Of a stretch of DNA of 64,000 bases, positions 49,850 through 61,300 are shown piece by piece (positions within the stretch are counted from its first letter, which is position 1; each line of letters starts with the position of its first letter). The position numbers and the translations under genes are program-made. The notes under the pieces were generated by a model. The model was not told the DNA's origin. It was given only the letters and a program-made list of their open reading frames with translations, and searched no databases. The DNA lies in NCBI GenBank assembly GCA_002104905.1, contig MCFE01000118.1, positions 1-64,000 of the forward strand. Direction: 5' to 3'. This DNA is from Basidiobolus meristosporus CBS 931.73. Its lineage: Eukaryota; Fungi; Basidiobolomycota.

Positions 49850-51850
49850 AATAATATGGCCCCATGGGTGGATCCTATCTAGATTAGCCATCAGGGTTCC
49901 AAAATGTGTCTGTCATTACACTGGCGGCTTGGAAGTAATGATCCTCCACACAACCTCATGATGGATTTGCAACAGCATTCTGCAGATTTTACTGCCAATT
50001 AATGTAAAAAACATGACAGTGTTTAAATAGTTTTTTGACAAGAGTTACATGGCATTCAAATGGTTTTGATGCACTCTTCATTTATTTGAGCAGACCTAGC
50101 TGGTCAATACATCCAATTGCCTTGTATGGTAAGAACTTGTTGGTGTTCTTTTGGCCTCCTTACAAACCTCTGCTGGCATTATAATGCACTACAGTGGCCT
50201 ATAGCTAATTGTATATAATGCTACAATACCAGTTTACCAAATGGTATTTTCTATTTCTACCACCCATTGCACCATTCATATATTCTACTAAATAATCACC
50301 CCTCTGTATATGCCTACCCACTACTACCCCTATGAAAAATGACTTGGTCCTGTGGGTAGATCTGCTCTGGATCAGCCATCAGGATCCCAATTAGAGACTA
50401 TCATAATACCTGCAGTTTAAAAGTATCATACACATCTTGCAAACATATGCTTGGTTGTTGCCACTTCTGCCATGAATACCTCCTTAATATCTGCAAAGAA
50501 CTTTTTGGTATTTAGTCAATATATTTGTTCTCCCTGCTGCATTCTGGTCCCCATATAGGTGCGCTCTTGCTTTTGTTTGCAAGAATTCTATATTGAATGG
50601 TGTAGAAGTTGGCTTGTGACCAAGAGAAATCTGGCATACCTTGGTAGAGTTTTCCAAATAAAAATTAGTTACTTGTTACACCCAACCCAACTTTGCATTA
50701 CCTGATTGATTTCCCACGGATTGGGGCTGCTTAGCTTCTTAATGCTATGGGCATAGGTGTTTTCATGTGCACATTTGTCCTCAGTATTTTCCAACTCTTC
50801 ATGGCTGTCCTCAATGTGCCAACTCATTACATCAATGGCAGACTTAAAGGTAATATGCTTGGTGAGATTGGGATATGGTAGTACCTACAACTTGACTTGT
50901 CTTCATATCTCCCCACACATCCACTCCATACAAAACTCCCAAAAGGTGAAGCAAGGCCCAATATTCTCAACACACTGTGCAAGATGGAGTAGAGAATGGA
51001 TACAGTAGTGGCAGAGATCTATGCATTCAGCTTTATGTTTGTAGTGCAGCCACTCAAATCCTGTCATCAACTCCTTGCACAACAGCTGTAGATGCGTCAA
51101 GTTGGTATTGGTGATCTGCTTCTGGATATATATTCCTACAATGTCAACATATGACTCCCAATGCTTCCAATGTACTCTTGGTAGGAATGGCTTCAGAATG
51201 CCACTTGAGTAAATACATATCCAGTTCATCCAGTCTTTGCATTTGTACTGTTGCATATGCATATAAATATTAATTGGAGCCTGTGAGAAGTGCTTGGGTA
51301 GCAGATACTCTGTAATATCTTGCCAATTCTTTAGAATTTCTTTGGTATTTCAAAGGGCTCATTTAGCTTGAAATGCCCAATGTACAACTTGGTCAACAGT
51401 ATATGGATACAGTTGAAAAGCAAATGCATTGCTCCCAGTGGAAAGCTTTTGCTCCAACAAATACCCTCTATCTTGAGTATCTCTGGTTTCCAATTGATTC
51501 CATACACTGGCCAATGGCTTATGGCTTGCCAACTTTGCTGCATTTGCAACTTGACTTGCCTTCCTATCTCCCCACACATCCACCCCATAAGAAACTCTCA
51601 AGAGTTGAAGCATGGCCTGATATTCTCCACACACCAGGCAAGGTGGAGTAGAGAGTGGATACAGAAGCAGCAGAGATCTATGTGTTCAGCTTTATGTTGG
51701 CAATAGCCACTCAAATCCCATCACAAACTTCTTTCACAAAAGCTGTAGAGGCATCAAGTTGGCATTGGTGATCTGCTTCTGAATATATATTCCTACAATG
51801 TCCGCATGTGACTCAAACGCCTCTAATGTACTCAAGGTAGAAATGGCTTC
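49850..51850 (-). mobile_element. CACTA/EnSpm (Tnp2-type) transposase remnant with internal duplications
   Basis: Motifs MHLLFNCIHILLTKLYIGHFK and CIHSLLHLAQCVENIGPCFTFWEFCMEWMCGEIG resemble the fungal Tnp2/DUF4218-like region. The left boundary is approximate. Confidence 0.72.
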
Positions 51851-51999
51851 AGAATCCATCACTATGGTCCCTGTACCAAGTCTTGGCTCATCTTTGGTAC
51901 AACCCAGATAAAACCCATCCCCTGCTCACAAGCACAGTCTGGACCAGAGAAGTCAATGTCAGATCCATTTGAGTTCTTGCCAAATGATTTTAGTATGGC

Positions 52000-54640
52000 C
52001 CAAGTGCCTATGATGAGCCTTTATACAGATATTTGGGCACTACTCATTAATCTAGCCAAACTAGATACCTCAGTGAGTTGACACAGATGGAAGAACCTAA
52101 GTACAAAGTTGTGGCATATGTTCTACATTAAGATGCCATCAGATGTATGCAAGAAGACATATAGCTAGGCAAGTATTGAAATCAAGAATCAGCTGAGTGT
52201 GAGGGGATTTGATGAAGAAGCCACACGTGGAGCTTATACCAAAGCCTAAAAGTCAAAAGATGTTGAAGATCTGTGAAGTAGTTAAGTGCAATAATGAAGA
52301 GAGGGCTAATATCCAAGTGGCTGTCAGAAGTCTAGGGCACCATCACCTTAAGGCCAGCATACTATGGGACCAATAGGAACTCAAGGCCAAGTGGAATGCA
52401 CTTGACTTGTTCCATGAGCATTATTTGGGATTCAGATGGGCAAACAGATTTTAGGCCAGCATTGGTATGCTAGGAAGGTATCTTATGCCTTGAGTGGAAT
52501 TTTAGTACACTAATAGGCACACAATGAGGTTACAGCACTTCTCCAAGAGTAGTGCTCAAGAAAGCACAGTTGTATATTGCAAGGACTTATTGCAAAGACT
52601 GGCAGATGAGGTGCTAGACCTTGCAGTGCTGGCTGAAGACCAGGATGTGTGAGAACTGGTGAATGAACAATGGTATAAATCCTTTTGATTCCAGCCAAAG
52701 TTGTGGAACCAGAGTGTTACAGCAGAAATGCTCTTTGGGTGGTGGGCTTTTAATGATTTACTTGTTGAGAGAGGGGTTGGGCTAAATGGTAGTATAGGGT
52801 ATAGGGACTTGTATATGTCAACAAAATTGGCAATTTAGGTGCAACCAAAGTTTCATTGGAAATAAATCAATTTGTATGCATGAAAAGCAAGAGAAGCAGT
52901 TGGGTCAGGAAGTAAAGAGTGTGAAAATGAGGCTGTAGCTAATCAATGCACATCAATGTAGGAGGTGATAGAGTGTTTGGGATCAGAAAGTGAGCAAATT
53001 GGCAGGGAACTAGTCAACAGCCACCTATGTATTATTGTGATGTTGTGTATTGTGATGACCAAGTTCTTTGTGAAATTTGGGGTGCAATTATTTTTCAAAA
53101 GTCCCTGGACAGTGTCCTGACAGGATGAGTACCTCTTAGTCATGGGACTTTAACTTTGCAGTGACCTTTGATGGATGATTACAATAACTTCTCATATGGC
53201 TTGTGCATCTGTTTTTGTCTGCCTGTCCCTTGCCTCCACTCTCCTGGCAGCCTGATGCTCCTTTGCTGCTTGTTTGGAATTGTCAGCCCTGCCTGTCCCT
53301 TACTTGCACTATTCTGGCTACCTGATATTTCTTTGCTGCCTGCTTGGAGCTTTTGGCACTGCTTGTGACAAGCTCTTGAAGAAGTCACTGGTTTGTAGCC
53401 ATTTTACCTGTACACTTCTCCCATTAATAGTTTCTGATATTGTTGGTATACTCTCCCTATAAGGAATAAGATGCAATGATCCTGTCAGAAGGCCAGCACA
53501 AACTCAAAGTTCTGGGACTTAGAGGTAATGATCCTGTCAGGACACCATGCCAAGACTCTCTCAAAGTACTTGCACCCTATGTTTCATAGAAGAATGTGTC
53601 AAAAGGTTTCATCACCATATCACATGAGTGGCCCTTGATTATTTCTCTGCAAGTTCTCTCACTTTCTGCTTCTGGACACTCCAACACCTCCCATGTTTGT
53701 TTCCATTGATTGGCTGTTGCCTCTATTCACACTCCTTACTTCCTGACTTAACCATTTCTGTTGCTTTTCATGCATAAAAATTGATTTTTTTCCATTGTAT
53801 CTTCAGTTGTACCTCATTTGCCAATTGTCTTGACTTATACAAGTCCCTGTATCCCAGACTAACATTAAACTCAGCCTCACACTCAACAAGTGACTCCATT
53901 AAAATCCACAATTTGATAGGCTTTTTTGCTGCAATGCTCTCTTTCCATAACTTTGACAGGAACCCTAGAGCATTATGCCACTGTTCATTCACTGGTTGTT
54001 ATATGTCCTGGTCTTCAGCCTTCACTGTAAGGTCTAGCACCTCATCTGAGAGTCTTTGAAACAAGTTGATGCAATATACAACTGCATTTTCTTGCAAACT
54101 GCTCTTAAAGAAGTGCTGCAACCATTGGTGTGCCTATCAATGCACCAAATTTCCACGGTAGGCATATCATTGTCTGGTAAGTTCTTGATGTTGCTGTTTT
54201 GTCTGTGGGTGTGATCTTCACTCTGTCAACAATGGAGGATTATGGAGGCTGTAGCAGATCAGTTGTCTTTCTCTGCAAACTCATCTACCTCACTGGAGTG
54301 TAGCTCAACTGGCTGTGCTCCCAAGTCCTGTGAAAAAAGCTGTTTTCTTCTTGGAAATTCTTCTTGACTACAATGAAATTCAGTCTGTTCTGGGCTTACA
54401 TGGCTAATTGGTAAGAACTGCAGCTTTTTTCTTAATTAATGTTACCCTGATGCATATGTTTTGGCCTTCTTGACCCTTACTGGCACTCTGCAGGTAACCT
54501 AATGGCTCTTTGACACTTGTTTGGAGCTTTTGGCTGGGCTTGTAGCTGGCTCTTGAGGAAGCTGCTAGTTTTTGGCCATTGCACCCTTTTTCTTCCACCT
54601 TTGATAGTTACTGCTATTTGTGAGACACTATCTTAGCATA
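52000..54640. mobile_element. Heavily decayed repeat-derived sequence, probably a retroelement body downstream of the 54.6-55.4 kb LTR
   Basis: CpG-depleted, with short internal duplications (about 53220-53360 and 53476-53545) and only weak gag-like fragments. Not assignable with confidence. Confidence 0.3.
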
Positions 54641-54644
54641 CCAG

Positions 54645-55427
54645 TGCTGGCCCAAAATCTGTTTGCCTGTTTGAATCCAGGATAATGCTCATGAAACAAG
54701 TCAAGTGCATTCTGCTCAGCCTTGGGCTCCTGATGTCATTATAGTAAAAGCTCCTGCTCCTCTAGCTTCCTAGGTGCTCCAAGTGTCTCTAAAGGCCTCT
54801 GTGTGTCTTGTGCACTACCCTGAAAAGCTCCTTGATGGCAGGTCTGAGATGTACTGTTGAATGCAGGTGCAGTGATCAACTGCTAATCAATAAGGTAGAA
54901 GTGTTACTGATAGAAGGGATGATTTATTGATGAGAGATTGCTTTCCCTTGAACACTTTTCCTGATTGCCAAGTGATTACTAATGACAAGGTTCTAGAAGG
55001 TTCTAGGCATCAGTGGAATTCTTGATGACATCACTATGAGCTAAAAATATGCCGAGAATGTCCTGGAAGGTTCCAAAGGCACAGCACATCCAACCAATGA
55101 GGAATCAGTAGTCTGAAACCTGTGCAACATAGAAATACTATATATGGTATTGAAATGGTAGGGATGGTAACACAGACTTAGGTCATGTGTCATGGGTACT
55201 GACGCAGGTACTTGCCTTATGTAGATACATATACTGACCACAAAGCTGAATAACATCTGGGATAACTAATGCTAATTACCAATCAAGGTAAACATCATAT
55301 GTGGATAATACTGATAATATGGGCAAAAGAAGAATGGGATAATACTGATAAGATAAAATATGGATAAGTATATCATTATGGCTATATGAATAAACTTGTC
55401 TGTGGGAGGTATGTCTACCCTACCACA
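54645..55427 (-). mobile_element. LTR related to the gypsy LTR at 58.4-59.1 kb
   Basis: Collinear similarity to 58380-59115 (GCACAGCACATCCAACCAAT, GGAATCAGTA.TCTGAAACCTGTG, ATATATGGTAT). A PBS-like TGGTATGC follows on the minus strand at about 54643. The left boundary is uncertain. Confidence 0.65.
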
Positions 55428-55429
55428 AT

Positions 55430-58050
55430 GGATCTTCAATATATGTTGATTTTTAGGCTTTGGTATAAACACCACATTGTCTCCCTCCTATGCTTTGATA
55501 GGTTTATCTGTGGGCTTTATCTATGGACACCATTGCTGTGTTTCAAACATTACAAAGAGCTAAGATGCAAGGGCTACTTTGAAGGTATGTATGACAATGC
55601 CTTTGCTTTAGTGCATGATGGATTCTTATTAAACAAGTACGCTACCAGCAAATCATGCTGTCCACTGATTCTCATCAACCTTAATCTGCCACCTATTTTA
55701 CAGTATCAAAGCAGAAATCTGATGGCAGTATCACTAACATCTGAGCCTAAATCCCTGTCCAACCTGAGTAGGGACCTGTATCCATTGCTGAATGAGTTTT
55801 GTATAGTCTCAGCAGGATAGCAGTAAATAGCTGCCATGTCAAGGCGCATATTTTTATCTGCATTAGAGATAGCCAGCTGTTCTGAGCACAATTGATGGTA
55901 TTGCTATTGAATGAGTGAGATCCATGGATACTCAATCATTCACAAACAATATCATTACTCAAACACCAACACTAAGAGCATTATCATCCCACATAGAGAA
56001 CATACAGAAGTTGGCATGTAATTGCAGCAAAGTTGGCAAGATATAAGCCATTGGCCAAAATATGGAGTTACTTGGAAACTGGATATACTTAAGATAGAGG
56101 GTATCAGTTGTAGCAAAAGCTTTCCACAGGGAGCAATACATTTGCTTTCAACAATTCTCCTATACTGATGATAAGTTGTACCTGGGGCATCTCAAGCCAA
56201 ACAAGCCCTTTGAGATATCAAAGAAATTTGGCAGAATAGGCCAGATATTACAGAGTATCAGCTACCCTAGGTACTTCTGACGGGCTCCATTCAACATTCA
56301 TATGCATATGCAACTATATAAGTGCAATGACTGGATGAACTAGATAAATATTTATTAGACTTGTTCCGTTGGATAGTGCCACATTGATCCATGAGTGCCA
56401 AATGCTGCCATAGTGTGCCAGAGAGGCCAAGTGAGCCTATACTTGGCCACAGAGTGTGAAACATAGCTCTGCATCTTCATGTAAAGCAGCCCCTGTGTTT
56501 CACCCATTGCGCAGGAGAAAATCCATTTTTTGACCTTTTTTTGTGGATCAATGTAGCTCAGGATGTGTAAGAGCACAGCAGAACTGAAGATATGTATCTG
56601 GTACCCAATACCCATGGCACTCTGAATCTAGCTCCTGTAGCTTCTATCATGTCACTAAGATGAATGGCACTATCTTGGTCCACTGGTACTATCTGGCACT
56701 ATATTTAAATATTAGCTCTAAAGTAAGATCTATACAAAGCACTTATAGTGCCAGATAGTACCAGTGGACCAAGATAGTGCCATTCATTTTTGTGACATGA
56801 TACAAGCTAAAGGAGCTAGATTCAGAGTGCCATGGGTATTGAGTACCAGATGCATATCTTCAATCTGCTTGTACTCTAACACATCCTGCACAACATTGAT
56901 CCAAAAAAAAGGTCAAAAAATGGATTTTCTCCAACACAATGGGTGAAACACAGGGGCTGCTTTGCATGAAGATGCAGAGCTATGTTTCACACTCTGTGGC
57001 CAGGTAGTGGCTCACTTGGCCTCTCCGGCACACTATGGCATCATTTGGCACTCATGGCTCAATGTGGCACTATCCAACAGAACAAGTCTATTCAAGTGTC
57101 CTTCTGAAGCCATTTCTACCATGAGTACATTGGAGGCATTTGAGTCACATGTGGACATTGTAGGAATATATATTCAGAAGTAGATCACCAATGCCAACTT
57201 GATGCCTCTACAGCTTTTGTGAAAGAAGTTTGTGATGGAACTTGAGTGATTATACTGCCAACATAAAGCTAAACACATAGATCTCTGCTGCTTCTGTATC
57301 CACTCTCTACTCCACCTTGCCTGGTGTGTGGAGAATATCAGGCCATACTTCAACTCTTGAGAGTTTCTTATGGGGTGGAAGTGTGGGGAGATAGGAGGAC
57401 AAGTCAAGTTGCCAATGCAGCAAAGTTGGCAAGCTACAAGCCATTGGCTGGAATACGGAATCATTTGGGAACCAGAGATACTTACAATAGAGGGTATCTG
57501 TTGGAGAAAAAGCTTTCCACCAAGAGCAATGCATTTGCTTTTCAACAATATCCCTATATTGATGACCAAGTTGTATATGGGGCATTTCAAGCTATATGAG
57601 CTCTTTGAGATACCAGAGAAAGCTGAAAGAATTAGCAAGATAATACAGAGTATCCTCTACACTAGGTACTTCTCACAGGCTCACATGTGGACATTGCATG
57701 AATAGTTATCCAGGAGCAGATTGCCAATAACAACTTGATGCATCTACTGCTGGTGTACAAGGAGTTTGTGAAGGGATTTGCATGGGTATACTACAAACAT
57801 AAAGCTGAAAGTGTAGATCTCTACTGCTACTATATCCATTCTGTACTCAATGATGTATGGTGTGTGGAGAATATTGGGCCTTACTCCACCTTTTGGGAGT
57901 TTCCTATAGAGCAGTTGTCTGGGGAGATAGGAAAACATGTCAAGTCACAGGTACTACCATATCCCAATCTCATCAAGAATATTACCTTAAAGTCCATCAT
58001 GGATGTGATAGACTTATTCCACTGTACCATGCCAGGGTGCACAGTGTGGT
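55430..58050 (+). mobile_element. CACTA/EnSpm (Tnp2-type) transposase remnant, interrupted by a foldback element
   Basis: AFALVHDGF...SCCPLILINLNLPP...YQSRNLMAVSLTSEPK...DLYPLLNEF matches the Tnp2 core. Downstream MHLLFNNI and IHS...CVENIGP...WEF..E..GEIG motifs. Confidence 0.78.
56357..57089. mobile_element. 733-bp foldback-type non-autonomous DNA transposon (arms about 347 bp, 40-bp spacer), 3-bp TSD ATT
   Basis: Arms 56357-56703 and 56744-57089 are reverse complements (about 93% by manual comparison). Termini AGACTTGTTC(C/T). ATT at 56354-56356 and 57090-57092. An empty-site homolog exists at about 51195-51230. Confidence 0.93.
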
Positions 58051-58379
58051 GGTGTATAGGTCCAAGGGAGAGATACGTCCAACACTTCTCAAGTGTTTTG
58101 TGTGTGGGGTGTTCACTGGGTGCAATAATCTCTGGCAAAAGCTTGCTAGGAATACTTGGGTTCTGTCTCTAATCTAATGTGAAGGGGAATAAAGCCACAA
58201 GCTTGTCAAGGGAAAACTATTGAGCTACAATCCCCAACTTAGTTGGCGTCTTAACAAAAGTATGTGCTGGGTTCAGCGTCCTTTGAGATGACAATGTACT
58301 AAAGCTTCCAAAGTCAAAACAACTGTAAACTCACCAGCAGGGACTTGATAAGAATGCAGCTGTGGTCAATAGTTACAAT

Positions 58380-61300
58380 GACAGAAAAGTATCTTTGCCT
58401 GTACAAGAACAAACTTGGGAAAGAATCAAATATAATAAAAGATACCTACTCTGAGTATTCCTCACAAGTGGTGCCTCCAAGGTCAGTTGGCTGTCAGCGC
58501 GGTTTCCTGGGAGTGTCCTGTGGTCTGGGGTTGGAAGCTCAGGTAGCAGCAGGTGGCAGTGATCACACTAATCAACAAGTCAATATATTGATAAAAGGGA
58601 TGATGATTTATTGTTGAGGGATAGCCTCCCTTATATACTTTTCTTACCGGCTAAGTGATTACTAATCATGGTGTTCCAGAAGGTATTGGATATCAATAGA
58701 AATCTTAATGACATCAGAATGACCTAAGAATGTTCTAAGTAGGTGCCAGAAGGTTCTAAGAGGCACAGCACATCCAACCAATCAGGAATCAGTATTCTGA
58801 AACCTGTGTAACATGGGGATACCATATATGGTATGGAAATGGTAGGGATGGTGACACGGATTGATCATGTGTCACGGGTACTGGCCCCGGGTACTTGCCT
58901 AATATAGAAGCACTTGTAGCTAGTAATCTTACATAAAGTGTGGGGTAACTTATGCAATAAGGTAAGCAGGTGTGATAGTCAACCGGCTTATGGGATAGTA
59001 CTGATTGGGTAAGACAAATGGGATAAAACTAAAATGAGTGTAGTAGGGATATAGGGAAGTAGAAAATAAGGGAATGAGCATATCTGTCAGTGGGTGTCAC
59101 TGTCACCCCACTACATCCACCCCCCTCTCAGCTTTGAACTTGGGTCAAAGCAAACTAATCTTGATGTGCAAAGTTCCTATGCTTGAATAACTTAAGTTGA
59201 TTTCCAGCAACTGGTGCTCTCAACTGGGTGTTGTCAAGCTCAGATATGTAATAACTTCCATTTCCAATTACCTTGGAAATGAGGTAGGGGCCAGTCAATT
59301 TGTTGTCAAACTTCCGACTCCATTACTTGTCCAAGGTAGAATCATAGAGTAATACTGGGTCTCCTAGTGACAGTGGTTTTGGTCTTGTTGGGTGTGATTT
59401 GTCAAAGGGCACCTTGTTCTTTAGTCGTGTATCCTTAAGTTGTTCAGCAGCTCTGCTAATATTCAAGTCATGGTGATCAAGTTGCTGTATGCAAGTTGTA
59501 AGGAGGTCTTCAGTCTGCATATTGGATCTCCAATTCAATGAGTTCCAAGTGACTGTGTTTAACTCAACTGGTAGTATGCAGTCATGCCCATAGAGTAGCT
59601 TGAATGGCGATAATCCAGTTGTTCTCTTGGTAGTAACTCTATCTGCCCAGAGTGCTAGATGTAATTGCTGTGGCCACAGTGTTGTGTTATTCTCACAAGT
59701 CTTGACAAGAGAGTTCACCAGTGGTCCATATCCTCTCTCTATCATTCCATTGGCTTGAGGGTGGTAAGCTGTTGTAAAAGCAATAGACTTGTTCCATTGT
59801 GCCATGGATCATAGTGCCAGAAAGTGCTGTGTATTTTGTTATTAATTTGATATTTTAGGGTCATATGCATGTCAATTTTGATCCCAAATTGGCACTGTAT
59901 GGCACCATCTGGCACTCTGTGGCATGATCCGGCACCATCTGGCATGCTATGGCACTATTGGGCACTATGATCAGCTGGAATGATGGAACAAGTCTAATGT
60001 GTATCTTGTACTTTGAGCACAACTCCTGGATCATTTGGGATGTCATCTCTCCTCTGTCAGCAACAAACTGTTGGATGCAGCCAAATCTGCAGATGATGTC
60101 TTCAAGTATAAATCTCCATATGGTATGGCTCTTGTTGTTGGGCAAGGCTTGAGCCTCTGCCCATCCACTAAGGTCATCTCTAGCAACAATCAGGTACTTT
60201 TTTGATCCAGCTGTTGGCATGTGGACAAGGTCAATACCAACCTTTTGCCATAGACAGATTGTGTAAGTAGGATGCAGTGGTTCTTCATAACGCTTCAAGG
60301 ATCTCTTCTGGCAGGCTACACATGACTCAACAATGTGTTGGATATCATAGTACATGTTTTCCCAGTAGTACCTCTGAGCTGTAGTATTGTATGTGGCTTC
60401 TTGTCCTCTATGCCTTCCTGGTTCTCCTTGGTGGATACTTGTCATGATGTTCAGTTGCTCTTGAGGGGTAGTGACTACTCTTCTTGGCATAAGTCCAGGC
60501 TTCACTCGCTTAAAGAGAAGATCATCTTTAAGATAGTAGTGGTGTGCCTTCTTCCTGAGTTTTCTAAACTCCTGAATATCCATCCAACTAGGTTTCTTAA
60601 GTGTCCTTAGATATTCCTTGATCAGACTCCAGGTAGTCCTCTCTTGGTCTTTGATGGCAATCTGTTGGATTTCTGCATCAATAATATCATCAAAGTGAGG
60701 GTCCAAGTCTTCAAATAATTGTGGTCGCTTCCTGGAGAGTGCATCAGCCACAACATTTGTCTTGCCAGGGATATGTTTGACCTCAAAGTCAAACATTTTC
60801 AGCCATGCCATCCATTGGTTTGTGGCATCATCAGGTAGGTCAGGCTTGTTGATCATTCCTATAAGTGGCTTGGCATCTGTCTCCAGGATAAAATGTGTCA
60901 TGTAGAGTTGTGACTTCAGTTTCCTCAGCATCTTCACAGCTCCTAGTAGTTCTCTCTTAATTGGTGAGTATCTTTGTTCTCTAGGAGAGAATAGGCAGCT
61001 CTCATATCTGCAGGCATAGCGGTTGCCATCTTCATCATCTTGTCCAAGTAGTGCTCCAGCTCCTATGGGGCTTGCATCCACTGTCAAAATAGGCGGGCAT
61101 TCAGTGTTTTGATAGTCAAGAGGTCTTAGAACTGGTGGAGATACTAAGGCCTCTTTCAGTAATTGCATGGCTTCTTCTTGCTCTTCTCCCCAGATAAATG
61201 GGGTGTTCTTTCTCTATAGTTGGTAAATTGGTTCTGCTATCTCAGAAAATCTTGGGATCCAGATCCTAAAGAACCCACAAGCAGCCACAAAGCCATGAGC

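Noticed and set aside
52405-52420. TGACTTGTTCCAT, resembling the MITE terminus
   Set aside because: No partner inverted repeat or TSD found nearby.
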